A stretch of DNA of 64,000 bases from an uncultured Pseudomonadota bacterium (GCA_963847705.1 CAWKBC010000032.1:160001-224000); one strand, 5' to 3'. Counted from the stretch's first letter, positions 45,881-55,437 are shown. Notes: generated by a model not told the origin, from the sequence alone. Program-made: numbers and translations.

Positions 45881-46978
45881 TCAGCGGCCGGCGGCGAAGA
45901 TGGCGGCCAGCTCATGCGGGGCCACGACCTCGAGCTGCTCGTACGTGCAGTCGTGTGGGCTCTTGTCGGGCCGCCAGCGCCGGAAGTGGGCGGTGTGGCG
46001 GAAGCGCGATCCCTGCATGTGCTCGTAGGCGACCTCCACGCAGAGCTCGGCGCGCAGCGGCTCCCACGACAAATCCTTCCCCTGGCTCCAGCGGCTCTTC
46101 ACCCCGGGGACGCGGTGGCCGGCTTCGTCGAGCTCCTGCGCGGCGGCCCACTCTTTCCAGGGATGGTCGACCAGCGCGTTCTGGCGGTACGGCGCCAGCA
46201 GCTCGACCAGCTCGACGCGCTTGGCGGCCGTGAAGCTGGCGGCGACGCCGACGTGTTGCAGCTTGCCGGCGCCGTCGTAGAGGCCGAGCAGCAAGGAGCC
46301 GACGGCGGTCTTCTCGGTGGTGGTGCCGCCTTTGGCGTGCCAGCGGAAGCCGGCCACCACGCAGTCGCACTCGCGCTCGTGCTTGACCTTGAACATGACC
46401 CGCTTGTTCGGTTCGTAAAGGCCGGACGCTGGCTTGGCCATCACCCCGTCGAGGCCGGCCCCCTCGAAGCGCTTGAACCAATCCCCGGCCAGCGCCCGAT
46501 CGGTCGTGGCCGGCGTCAGGTGAATCGGGGGCTTCGCGCCGCCGAGGCGCGCCTCCAGCAGCGCGCGCCGCTGGCGAAACGGGACTCCCCGCAGATCGCG
46601 ATCGCCGTCGCACAGCAGATCGAAGAAGACGACCGAGGCCGGGATCTCCGCGGCCAGCAGCTTCACGCGCGAGGCTGCGGGGTGAATGCGCTGCTGCAGC
46701 ACCTCGAAGTCGAGCCCGGAGCCGCGCACCAGGACGATCTCGCCGTCGAGCACGCAGCGCTCGGGCAGCGCCGCCATCAGCGCCTCGACCACCTCGGGGA
46801 AGTAGCGGTTGAGCGGCTTTTCGTCGCGGCTCTGGATCGTGATGTCGTCGCCGTCGCGGAAGATCAGCGCACGGAACCCGTCCCACTTGGGCTCGAAGAT
46901 CCAGCCGTCGCCCTGGGGAAGCTCGGCGATCCGCTTGGAGAGCATCGGCAACACCGGTGGCGGAACCGGGAGCGCCAT
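45881..46978 (-). CDS. ligC: ATP-dependent DNA ligase, LigC type
   Basis: PMLS, FEPKWDGFR (adenylation Lys), LDGEI, FDLL, GLDGV, SLLLGLY, SRWS and FRH..F.RWRPD motifs. Confidence 0.9.
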   Translation of the reverse strand: MALPVPPPVLPMLSKRIAELPQGDGWIFEPKWDGFRALIFRDGDDITIQSRDEKPLNRYFPEVVEALMAALPERCVLDGEIVLVRGSGLDFEVLQQRIHPAASRVKLLAAEIPASVVFFDLLCDGDRDLRGVPFRQRRALLEARLGGAKPPIHLTPATTDRALAGDWFKRFEGAGLDGVMAKPASGLYEPNKRVMFKVKHERECDCVVAGFRWHAKGGTTTEKTAVGSLLLGLYDGAGKLQHVGVAASFTAAKRVELVELLAPYRQNALVDHPWKEWAAAQELDEAGHRVPGVKSRWSQGKDLSWEPLRAELCVEVAYEHMQGSRFRHTAHFRRWRPDKSPHDCTYEQLEVVAPHELAAIFAAGR

Positions 46979-47082
46979 CAGGCCAGGACCCAGCCGAGCG
47001 AGGCCTGCATGAGCGCGCCGCCCAGGAGTCGCTGGCGATGGACGTGCGACCACAGATCGGGTGCGACGGCGGCGGGCGGCAT
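46978..47082 (-). CDS. Putative 34-aa leaderless ORF/remnant coupled to ligC
   Basis: TATTGT 6 nt upstream of the ATG; stop overlaps the ligC start (TGATG). Confidence 0.35.
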   Translation of the reverse strand: MPPAAVAPDLWSHVHRQRLLGGALMQASLGWVLA

Positions 47083-47122
47083 GGCCGAACAATAGTCCGA
47101 CTCGCGCCGCGGATCGATCAGA

Positions 47123-47170
47123 GCTGCGCGCGCTCGGCGCTGCGCGCGCTCAGTGCTGCGCGCGCTCAGT
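47123..47170. repeat. 16-bp tandem repeat x3 spanning the ABC-F stop codon
   Basis: gctgcgcgcgctcggc/gctgcgcgcgctcagt/gctgcgcgcgctcagt. Confidence 0.8.
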
Positions 47171-48785
47171 GCAGGCCGGGCGCTTCGTGGCCGCTGCGCG
47201 CGACGTACTCGACGTAGCCGCCGCCGTACAACGTGGGGCCGTCGGGTCCGAGCTCGAGAACGCGGTTCGACAGCTTGGCCAGGAACTGGCGATCGTGCGA
47301 CACGAACAGCATCGTCCCGTCGTAGTCGGCGAGCGAGCGGACGATCATGTCCTTGGTGGCGATGTCGAGGTGGTTGGTCGGCTCGTCGAGCACCAGGAAG
47401 TTCGGCCGCGCGTAGAGGATGCGCGCCAGCACCAGACGCGCCTTCTCCCCGCCCGAGAGGATGCGGCAGGTCTTGTCGACGTCGTCGCCCGAAAAGCCGA
47501 AGCAGCCAGCCAGCGTCTTCAGCGCGCCCACGCTGGCCAGCGGGAACGACTCCTCCAGCGTGGCGTAGACCGACTTTTCGGGGTCGAGGATGTCCATGGC
47601 GTGCTGCGCGAAGTAGCCGAGCTTCACGCTGGGCCCGACCGAGACCGACCCTTCGTCGGGCCTGGTCTCGCCGGCGATCAGCTTGAGCAGCGTCGACTTG
47701 CCGGCGCCGTTCACCCCCATGATCGCCCAGCGCTCCTTGCGGCGGATGGCCAGGTCGAGCCCCTGGTAGACGACGCGGGAGCCGTAGCGCTTGTGGACGC
47801 CGCCGATCTTGACGACGTCCTCGCCCGAGCGCGCGCAGGGAGGGAACTCGAAGGCCAGGGCCTTGCGTCGCTTGGGCGGCTCGACCTTCTCGATCTTGTC
47901 CAGCTTCTTCACCCGCGACTGCACCTGCGACGCCTTGGCCGCCTGCGCCTTGAAGCGCTCGATGAAGCGCATCTCCTTGGCCAGCATCGACTGCTGCCGA
48001 TCGTAGGCCGCCTGCGCCTGCACCTCGTTCTGCGCCCGCTGCTTCTCGTAGAAGTCGTGGTTCCCCGAGTAGCTGGTGAGCACGCCGCCGTCGATCTCGA
48101 TGATCCGCCCGACGATCCGGTTGAGGAACTCGCGATCGTGCGAGGTCATCAGGAGCGCGCCTTCGTAGGCCTTGAGGAACCCCTCCAGCCAGATCAGCGA
48201 TTCGAGATCGAGGTGGTTCGAGGGCTCGTCGAGCAGCATGGCGTCGGGGCGCATGAGGAGGATGCGCGCCAGGGCGACCCGCATCTTCCACCCGCCCGAG
48301 AGGTTGCCGACGTCGCCGTCCATGACCTCCTGCGAGAACCCCAGCCCGTCGAGGATCTCGCGCGCCCGCGCCTCCAGCGCGTAGCCGCCGAGCTCGTCGA
48401 AGCGCGCCTGCACCTCGCCGAAGCGGGCCAGGATCTTGTCCATCTCGTCGGCGCGTGCCGGATCGGCCAGCGCCTCCTCCAGCGTCTTCATCTCGGCGGC
48501 GACCTCCGACACCGCGCCGGCGCCCGCCATCACCTCGGCCACCACCGGCAGCCCCTTCATCTCGCCGACGTCCTGGCTGAAGTACCCGATGCTGATGTTC
48601 TTCTCGACCGAGACCTGCCCCTCGTCCGGCGTCTCCTCGCGCATGATCATCCGGAAGATGGTCGACTTTCCGGCGCCGTTGGGCCCGACGAGGCCGATCT
48701 TCTCGCCGCGGAAGAGCGCCGCCGAGGCGTCGACGAAGAGGATCTGCGGTCCGTGCTGCTTGCTGATCTGATCGAGGCGAATCAC
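47166..48785 (-). CDS. ABC-F family ATPase
   Basis: Two NBDs (GPNGAGKST, LSGGW, LLDEPSNHLD; GVNGAGKST, LSGGEK, DEPTNHLD) and no TM domain. Confidence 0.95.
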   Translation of the reverse strand: MIRLDQISKQHGPQILFVDASAALFRGEKIGLVGPNGAGKSTIFRMIMREETPDEGQVSVEKNISIGYFSQDVGEMKGLPVVAEVMAGAGAVSEVAAEMKTLEEALADPARADEMDKILARFGEVQARFDELGGYALEARAREILDGLGFSQEVMDGDVGNLSGGWKMRVALARILLMRPDAMLLDEPSNHLDLESLIWLEGFLKAYEGALLMTSHDREFLNRIVGRIIEIDGGVLTSYSGNHDFYEKQRAQNEVQAQAAYDRQQSMLAKEMRFIERFKAQAAKASQVQSRVKKLDKIEKVEPPKRRKALAFEFPPCARSGEDVVKIGGVHKRYGSRVVYQGLDLAIRRKERWAIMGVNGAGKSTLLKLIAGETRPDEGSVSVGPSVKLGYFAQHAMDILDPEKSVYATLEESFPLASVGALKTLAGCFGFSGDDVDKTCRILSGGEKARLVLARILYARPNFLVLDEPTNHLDIATKDMIVRSLADYDGTMLFVSHDRQFLAKLSNRVLELGPDGPTLYGGGYVEYVARSGHEAPGLH

Positions 48786-49040
48786 GAGGCCGCGAAGAAT
48801 ACCCGGCGACCGCCCGAACGGGTCGGGAAACGACAGCTCGGCCGAGCCGCTCGAGCTTCGCGCTCGACCCTGCGGGGTCCGTTCCGCGTCGTTCATGGCT
48901 GAGTCCGTGGCCGGTTGTCCGCCCGGAATTTCTGGCGACGCGCCTCGTTCTTTTGCCGAGCGGATCGCCAACTGGCGTACAATTTCCTGGCGACAGGGGT
49001 CGGCGCGGGCCGCCATCCTGTGCTCTCACGGAGGTGCTTC

Positions 49041-50693
49041 ATGCCCCAAGGCCAGATCCGGGTTCTATCGATCGTCGTGTTCGCGGTGTTGGCGACGGCG
49101 ACGTCCTGCAGCTCGAACAACAAGATGCGTTCCAGCGGGGCTGCCGGCACCGTCGGAGCGAGCTCGGGCAGCGGCGGCGCGAAGGGCACCGGCGGCGCGA
49201 CGGGCACTGGCGGGGCGACGGGCACCGGAGGGGCGACCGGCACCGGCGGCGCGACCGGCACGGGCGGCTCTACAGGCGGCGGCGGCGCGATCGGAACCGG
49301 AGGCGCGACCGGCAGCGCGGGCGCCAAGGGCCCTGGAGGCTCGAGCGGCACCGGTGGTACACCCGTCGTTCTCGGTACGCCCAACGTCACGATCGACACC
49401 AAGACGCAATTCCAGACCATCGACGGCTTCGGTTTCTTCGGCGCCCAGGATGTCTGGTGGTCCGACGCGAGCAACCTCTACTCTGATGCCTGGGGGAAAC
49501 TGGTCGTCAACGACCTGGGGATCACGATCTGGCGAAACGAGTATTATTCGGAGGAGACGAACCAGGACGCGAACTGGGCCAAGCAGAAGCCGGTGGTCCA
49601 GGGATTGAAGGCCGTCGCGGACGCGGCCAACGTCCCACTCAAGTTCGTCTTCACCGTCTGGTCGCCGCCGTCGAGCATGAAGTGCACGGTCGACAGCGTG
49701 CAAGCCGGAACCAAGCCCTGCACGCCCAACCCCGGCGGCCTCAAGAACGGGGGGACCTTGGACCCGTCGCAGTACGCCGCTTACGCGCAGTGGCTCGAAG
49801 CAGGGGTCAAGGATTATGCCGACGCAGGCATCAATCTCTACGCGCTCTCGCCGCAGAACGAGCCGATGTTCGTCGAGACCTACAACTCGTGCGTCTACGA
49901 CATCACCGCTGCCAAGCTGAACTCCTACGCCAAGCTGATCGAAGCTGTCGTTCCCGCGGTGCGCAAGGTCGATCCCAACGTGAAGATCTTCGGCACCGAG
50001 AACATGCTCCAGCTCGAGGGGCAGCCCTACTTCTATTCCGCGTACATGGACGCGAGCGGATGGGGGAACCTGGACATCCTCGCCTACCACGGCTACCAGG
50101 ACGGGGTCGCGCCGACGGCCTCCTCGCAGCTCGCGACCTACTGGAATTTCGTGCGGACCAACTGGGACGCTCCGCATTCCAAGACCACCTGGATGAGCGA
50201 GACCTCCGGCTACACCGACAACTGGGCCGACAGCAACGGCGCGCGCAATCTGGCGTACGCCATCTATGCCGCGCTCAGCTACGGACAGGTCTCTGCCTGG
50301 ATCTGGTGGCAGGGGAGCGCGCTCGGCGGCCCGCCCAGTCAATCCGTGCTGATGGGCGGCACGCAGTACCTCGGCAAGCGCTACTACGTCTCGAAGAACT
50401 TCTACCGCTACATCCGTCCTGGCGCGAAGTCAGTCCAGGTGACCACCACCGACCCCACCCTCTTCTTGGTGGCGTTCACCAACCCTGGCTCGGGCGCATT
50501 CACGATCGTGGCGATCAACACCGACACCAGCGACAAGACGTTGACCATCGGCGGCGCCAACCTCCCACAGACCTTCGACGCCTATCGGACATCGGCCACC
50601 GAGGACTGCATTTCGGCGGGCAACATGGCCAACGGCGCCATCACGCTGAAGGCCGACAGCGTGACGACGCTGGTCAACGGCAGCACGCAGTAG
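49041..50693 (+). CDS. Glycoside hydrolase family 30 (xylanase-like) lipoprotein with Gly-rich linker
   Basis: Lipobox-like ATSC; QTIDGFG, WSPP, SPQNEP (acid/base), WMSE (nucleophile), AWIWW and YIRPGA motifs. Confidence 0.88.
   Translation: MPQGQIRVLSIVVFAVLATATSCSSNNKMRSSGAAGTVGASSGSGGAKGTGGATGTGGATGTGGATGTGGATGTGGSTGGGGAIGTGGATGSAGAKGPGGSSGTGGTPVVLGTPNVTIDTKTQFQTIDGFGFFGAQDVWWSDASNLYSDAWGKLVVNDLGITIWRNEYYSEETNQDANWAKQKPVVQGLKAVADAANVPLKFVFTVWSPPSSMKCTVDSVQAGTKPCTPNPGGLKNGGTLDPSQYAAYAQWLEAGVKDYADAGINLYALSPQNEPMFVETYNSCVYDITAAKLNSYAKLIEAVVPAVRKVDPNVKIFGTENMLQLEGQPYFYSAYMDASGWGNLDILAYHGYQDGVAPTASSQLATYWNFVRTNWDAPHSKTTWMSETSGYTDNWADSNGARNLAYAIYAALSYGQVSAWIWWQGSALGGPPSQSVLMGGTQYLGKRYYVSKNFYRYIRPGAKSVQVTTTDPTLFLVAFTNPGSGAFTIVAINTDTSDKTLTIGGANLPQTFDAYRTSATEDCISAGNMANGAITLKADSVTTLVNGSTQ
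49185..49268 (+). repeat. 18-bp coding repeat (GTGGAT) x4-5
   Basis: ggcac(c/t)gg(c/a)gg(c/g)gcgac(g/c) units in the GH30 linker. Confidence 0.8.
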
Positions 50694-50753
50694 TCCTGCG
50701 CCACCGTCGGCGCGGATTGCACCCGGGCGCGCTTCGCCCGTATCGTACCCGCC

Positions 50754-52191
50754 GTGCGTTTCATCTCTTTTTGCGCCGCTGGACCGGCACTGGCCCTGAT
50801 GGCGGCGTCCATCCCTGCCTGTCATCGGGGCGCCGCGACGCCCGCCCAAGCCGACGTCGCGGCATACCGAGACGTCGCGCGCGGGATCGCCGCCGCCAAC
50901 CTCTCCGGCGAGGCCGCCTACCGGCGGGTTGCGGCGCTGGCCGACCAGTTCGGGCCGCGGATGACCGGCTCGCCGGCGCTGGAGCGGGCGATCGTCTGGG
51001 CGCACGACACCTTCGTCGCCGACGGGCAAGAGAACGTCGCGCTCGATCCGGTGCGCGTACCAATCTGGCAGCGCGGCAAGGAGTCGGCCGAGATCGTCAC
51101 CCCGGCGCCGCGGCGCCTGGCGGTGCTGGGGCTGGGCGGCACCGTCGCCACGCCGCCCGGCGGTCTGACCGCCGAGGTGGTGGCCGTCTCGTCGTTCGAC
51201 GAGCTGGCCAAGCTCGGCACGTCCGTGCGGGGGAAGATCGTCCTCTTCAACCACGCTTTCCCGGTGTCGGACAACGCCGCCGCCGGCTACGGCAAGTCGA
51301 TCCCCTACCGAACCGAGGGGGCGACGCGTGCGGCGGGCTTCGGCGCGGTCGCCGCGCTGGTGCGCTCGCTGGCGTCGGCCAGTCTCGGCGCGCCGCACAC
51401 CGGGCAGATGCACTACGGCCCAGGACCGCAAATCCCGACGGCGGCGCTCTCCGTCGAGGACGCCGCGCTGCTGGCGCGCCTCGCCGCGCGCGGGCCCGTC
51501 ACCGTCCACCTGGTCCTGGAAGACGGCGCCCGCCCGGACGCACCCTCTTTCAACGTGCTGGCCGAGCTGCGCGGCCGCGCGCAGCCGGAGGAGATCGTCG
51601 TCATCGGCGCGCACATCGATTCGTGGGACGTCGGCGAAGGGGCCCAGGACGACGGCGCCGGCGTAGCGATCGTCATGGAGTCGCTGGCGACCTTGCGGCG
51701 CCTCGGCCTCGTCCCGCGGCGGACCATCCGCGCGGTGCTCTACACCTCCGAAGAGGAAGGCGCCCAGGGCGGCAAGACCTACGCGGAGGCGCACGCCCAG
51801 GAGCTCTCCCACCACGTGGCCGCCTTCGAGACCGACGTGGGCGCCGGCACCCCGCTCGGCTTCCGGATCGACGCCGGGCCGCAGGCGGTCACCGAGGCGC
51901 GCGAGCTGGTCACGCTGCTGGCACCGCTGGGCGCCACGTCGATCGACACGGGGTTCTCGGGCGCCGACATCAACGCCCTGCGCCCGGCCGGCGTGCCGCT
52001 GCTGGGGCTGTTCTCCGAATCCGACACACTACTTCGACGTCCACCACTCCGCCGCCGACACGCTGGAGAAGATCGATCCGGCCGCGCTCGGCCGCAACGT
52101 CGCGGCGATGGCGACGATGGCCTACGTGGTGGCCGATCGCCCGACGCGCTGGCCGGTCTCGCCTCCGCCCCCGCCCGAGCACAAGCCGTGA
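50754..52191 (+). CDS. M28 carboxypeptidase Q-like peptidase with a +1 frameshift at ~52018
   Basis: FGPRMTGS, GAHIDSWDVGEGAQDDG, SEEEG; removing one A (gaat to gat) restores DPTHYFDVHHSAADTLEKID to TGA 52191. Confidence 0.85.
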
Positions 52192-52198
52192 CGCCGCC

Positions 52199-53344
52199 AT
52201 GACCGGGGCCGCTCCCGCGGACGCCGTGCAGGCCCGGGCGGCGTCGCGCCTGGTGGCGCTCGACTGGATGCGGGGCCTGGTCATGGTGCTGATGGCCATC
52301 GACCACAGCTCCGACGCCTTCAACGCCGGCCGGATGTTCACCGACGCCACCTTCCTGTGGCACCCGGGCACGCCGCTGCCGGCGGCGCAGTTCCTCACCC
52401 GCTGGATCACGCATTTGTGCGCGCCGACGTTTCTCTTTCTGGCCGGCACCAGCCTGGCTTTCACGGTGTCGCGCCAGGAGGCCAGCGGCGATCGGCCGGC
52501 CGCGATCGATCGCTACATCTTCGTGCGCGGCGTGGTGATCGCCGCCTTCGAGCTCTGGGTCTCGTTCTTCGTGATGGGCCACGGCCACTTCATCTTTCAG
52601 GTCCTCTACGGAATCGGCTCCGCCTACGTCCTCATGGTCCCGCTCCGGCGGCTGCCCGACCGCGCCGCGCCGATCGCGGCGCTGCTGCTGATCGCGACCA
52701 GTGAGCTCGTCGTCGGCGCGGCGACACGGAACGGCATGCCGACGTCGCTGTTGCCCAAGCTGCTGTTCACCGGCGGGTCTTACGGGCGCCTGCTCATCGC
52801 CTACCCGACCATCCACTGGCTGGCCCTCCTGCTGCTCGGGTGGTCCTGGGGCCGCCGCCTCGTCACCACCCCATCTGCCCGCGCCACCGCGGGCCGAGAC
52901 CTCGCGCGCGCCGGCGTCGCCGCGCTGGTGCTGTTCGCGGTCCTGCGCGGCATCGACGGCTACGGCAACATGCACCTCTTCCGCGATTCGCTGGCGCCGC
53001 TGCAGTGGCTGCACGTCAGCAAGTACCCGCCGTCGATCACCTACGACGCGCTGGAACTGGGACTCATGGCCCTGATCCTGGCCGCGATGTTCCGCCTCGC
53101 CGCCCTCCGCACACCCAGCCCCAACAGCCTCTTCATGGTCCTCGGCCAAACCCCGATGTTCTTCTACCTGCTGCACTTCCCCCTGCTCGTTCAGAGCGCG
53201 CGATTGCTCGGCGTCCAATCAAAGCTCGGACTCGGCGCCACCTACCTGGGCGCCACCGCCGTCATCGCAATCCTCTACCCCGTCTGCCGCTGGTACCGCG
53301 GCTACAAGGCGGCGCACAGAACCGGGTGGGCGCGTTTCGTGTGA
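52199..53344 (+). CDS. DUF1624 / HGSNAT-like membrane acyltransferase
   Basis: LDWMRGLVMVLMAIDH, TRWITHLCAP.F.FLAG, KYPPS and PMFFYLLH motifs. Confidence 0.88.
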   Translation: MTGAAPADAVQARAASRLVALDWMRGLVMVLMAIDHSSDAFNAGRMFTDATFLWHPGTPLPAAQFLTRWITHLCAPTFLFLAGTSLAFTVSRQEASGDRPAAIDRYIFVRGVVIAAFELWVSFFVMGHGHFIFQVLYGIGSAYVLMVPLRRLPDRAAPIAALLLIATSELVVGAATRNGMPTSLLPKLLFTGGSYGRLLIAYPTIHWLALLLLGWSWGRRLVTTPSARATAGRDLARAGVAALVLFAVLRGIDGYGNMHLFRDSLAPLQWLHVSKYPPSITYDALELGLMALILAAMFRLAALRTPSPNSLFMVLGQTPMFFYLLHFPLLVQSARLLGVQSKLGLGATYLGATAVIAILYPVCRWYRGYKAAHRTGWARFV

Positions 53345-53496
53345 GCCAAGCGCACCCTCGTTCGAGGCAACGCACGTGCTGCTCTTATTGCGTTATCCAG
53401 CAAGCGTTCGTGACTGAGTCAATGCTCCCAGCCGTAACAACGCGAGATCGCTCAAACCGTTGGGTTCCCAGCTTGCTGGAACAACAGGTATGCTAT

Positions 53497-53516
53497 CTGC
53501 TTAATAGGAGTTATGC
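53497..53516 (+). mobile_element. attI-like site / first cassette core site
   Basis: CTGCTTAATAGGA-GTTATGC; core GTTATGC (53510-53516) is the exact complement of R'' GCATAAC ending cassette 1; AT-rich context. Confidence 0.5.
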
Positions 53517-53525
53517 GGAGCTGGG

Positions 53526-54032
53526 ATGAAGCCGCGGACAGCTGAACTCGACCCCTCGAAGCTCGACGAAGCGTCGCGCCGGGTGCTCGCGGCGTTCAAG
53601 GACCATCCGACTGGACATGTCGCGAACCTGTTGATGGAAGAGCGCGCCGCCGGAAGGTGGTGCCTCCGCGTTACAATTCCATCACCTACGGGCGATCGTC
53701 GACGCCGACTTGCGATCTGGCTCGACGAGAACTCCGTTCCGACGCTGGAGTTCGGCGGGTGGCACTCTCATGCCGATCTTTGGGACCCCGACCCGGACGT
53801 AGGCCTACGCCGGATGCTGGACTACCTGGAACGCATCACCGATGGGGAGGTCGTGCTCGCCGAGCTGCCGACCATCGCCGACGGAATGCCGTATCGAGTC
53901 GTTGACCTCCTAGATAGGCAAGAAATCCTTGACGAACTCACGGCCCCGACGATTCCGAGCGACATGAAGCTGTTATCCTGGTCAGGTGCTGAAGATGCGG
54001 TCCTCAGTGACCTGCGCGAGGGGCCCGCATAA
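53526..54032 (+). CDS. Cassette 1: hypothetical protein (168 aa)
   Basis: Starts 10 nt after GTTATGC; TAA stop lies inside attC R''. Confidence 0.75.
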   Translation: MKPRTAELDPSKLDEASRRVLAAFKDHPTGHVANLLMEERAAGRWCLRVTIPSPTGDRRRRLAIWLDENSVPTLEFGGWHSHADLWDPDPDVGLRRMLDYLERITDGEVVLAELPTIADGMPYRVVDLLDRQEILDELTAPTIPSDMKLLSWSGAEDAVLSDLREGPA

Positions 54033-54088
54033 CCTGGCGTTGAACCCGACGGGCCTTCGGCCCGCGGGTTAACGCCACGACGTTAGCC
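54027..54088 (+). mobile_element. attC site (62 bp)
   Basis: R'' GCATAAC-5nt-L'' GTTGAACC-CGACGGGCCTTCGGCCCGCG-L' GGTTAAC-8nt-R' GTTAGCC; aadA-like architecture with an extrahelical G. Confidence 0.9.
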
Positions 54089-54103
54089 AGGCGGAACGAC
54101 GGA

Positions 54104-54646
54104 ATGGGGCACACGCAGGGTCCTTCGGTCGGTCCGCCGCGCCCGCCTCTACGGCGGTGGCTGCAGATGCTTGCGCTCGGCTCCCTTGCCTTCACTGCCT
54201 GTAAATCCGTTCGACCGTTTTCGGCCGGGTACCTCGATCGCAGCGTAGCTGGCGCGACCGACTTCCCGCTAGCTATCGACCCGGCTCGCATCGGAACCTT
54301 CCCAGGGCAGACGAAGTCAGGCGCCGGATACTTCTACGATGAGGTTCTCGAGTACCGCGTCTGGCTGCATCCTGAGCGGGGAGCTCGACGATTGGCCGGC
54401 GAAGCGGACTACTACGCAGCCTTCGCGCGCTATGAGACCGCGCTGGAATATTCGACGCATACGGCCGGCGCCGAAAAGCCCCTGGTGCTCATCCGTCAAC
54501 GTGAATCTGTGAACGAACCGACGCCTGGAACCTTCACCTGGGAGAAGACCGAGCGAATAGCGGAATGGCAGACTCAGTGGCTGGAGGGCTCCGTCCGCGG
54601 ACCCAGCAGCATTGCAGACTTTCTCGCGAAGCACCGCAAGAGGTAG
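54104..54646 (+). CDS. Cassette 2: conserved hypothetical lipoprotein-like protein
   Basis: Possible lipobox AFTAC; YDEVLEYRVW.HPERGA…DYY…GAE.PL.LI.Q.E..NEP…ERI.EW; flanked by attC sites. Confidence 0.7.
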   Translation: MGHTQGPSVGPPRPPLRRWLQMLALGSLAFTACKSVRPFSAGYLDRSVAGATDFPLAIDPARIGTFPGQTKSGAGYFYDEVLEYRVWLHPERGARRLAGEADYYAAFARYETALEYSTHTAGAEKPLVLIRQRESVNEPTPGTFTWEKTERIAEWQTQWLEGSVRGPSSIADFLAKHRKR

Positions 54647-54681
54647 AACGCCTGCGTGCCACCTGAGCATTTCGATGACGT

Positions 54682-54766
54682 GAGCAACCGGCCGTTGCAG
54701 ACGGACGGGCGGGTCGGTCGCTGCGCTCCCTCTCGCGCCCGCGGTTGAACGGCAGTATCGTCGGCA
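54682..54766 (+). mobile_element. attC site (85 bp, degenerate R')
   Basis: GAGCAAC-CGGCC-GTTGCAGACGGACGGGCG…CGCCCGCG-GTTGAAC-GGCAGTATC-GTCGGCA. Confidence 0.75.
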
Positions 54767-54770
54767 GAGC

Positions 54771-55337
54771 GTGACGACCGCGGACTCGTTGGATGCGTGT
54801 GATGATCCCGTGCGGATCCGGAGGGCGACACTTGCCGACGTTCCGGCCATCAGGCCGCTCATTGCGACATCCGCGCGAATACTCGGCGCGGGCGACTACA
54901 CTGGCGAGCAGATCGAGGCGGCTCTCCTTGGTGTATGGGGTGTGGATACCGAGATCATTCGAGATGGGACCTACTTCGTGGGAGAGGTGGACAACGAACT
55001 GGTTCTTTGCGGAGGCTGGGGTCTTCGTGCCACGTTGTTCGGAGGCGATGCGTACGTCCAGCGTGAGTCACGACTGCTCGACCCGCGCACAGAGGCGGCG
55101 CGGATCCGCGCGTTCTTCGTTCATCCGAACTGGGCAAGGCGAGGCTTGGGCAGTCGCCTCCTCACATTGTGCGAACGTGAGGCGAGGGCCACGGGATTTG
55201 TTGTCACCGAGCTTGTCGCGACATTGCCCGGAGAGCGGCTCTACGCTCGGCACGGGTATGTTGCGACTGGGCGACGCAGCGACACGCTGCCCGGAAGCGT
55301 CAGCATCGACTCTGTTCCGATGCGCAAAACGTTCTGA
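54771..55337 (+). CDS. Cassette 3: GNAT N-acetyltransferase
   Basis: IRRAT..D, IRAFFVHPNWARRGLG and ATLPGERLY..HGY motifs. Confidence 0.9.
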   Translation: MTTADSLDACDDPVRIRRATLADVPAIRPLIATSARILGAGDYTGEQIEAALLGVWGVDTEIIRDGTYFVGEVDNELVLCGGWGLRATLFGGDAYVQRESRLLDPRTEAARIRAFFVHPNWARRGLGSRLLTLCEREARATGFVVTELVATLPGERLYARHGYVATGRRSDTLPGSVSIDSVPMRKTF

Positions 55338-55353
55338 CCCGCGTGCGCCGGGT

Positions 55354-55437
55354 CTGCCCATCTCGGAATTGCAGCGGACGACTACGGTGTCCAGGGACAT
55401 CGTTGACGCCGTTCGGTTCGCGGCGCCCAAGTTAATC
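55354..55437 (+). mobile_element. Degenerate attC-like site
   Basis: ctGCCCATC-tcggaaTTGCAGCGGACG resembles the left arm of the second attC; right arm poorly paired (GTTAATC at 55431). Confidence 0.35.

Noticed and set aside
43411-46978. Classical NHEJ (Ku-LigD) operon
   Set aside because: No Ku and no phosphoesterase or ligase fusion; motifs fit Prim-PolC/LigC.
48953-48983. Sigma70 promoter TTGCCG…TACAAT before GH30
   Set aside because: Good -10 but 19-bp spacer; plausible yet too weak to list as a feature.
49682-53344. 1220-aa ORF as one protein
   Set aside because: Only the part from ATG 52199 is a real gene; the upstream part is off-frame to GH30 and M28.
52199-53510. Integron integrase upstream of the cassettes
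   Set aside because: No tyrosine-recombinase motifs on either strand; the region is occupied by the DUF1624 gene.
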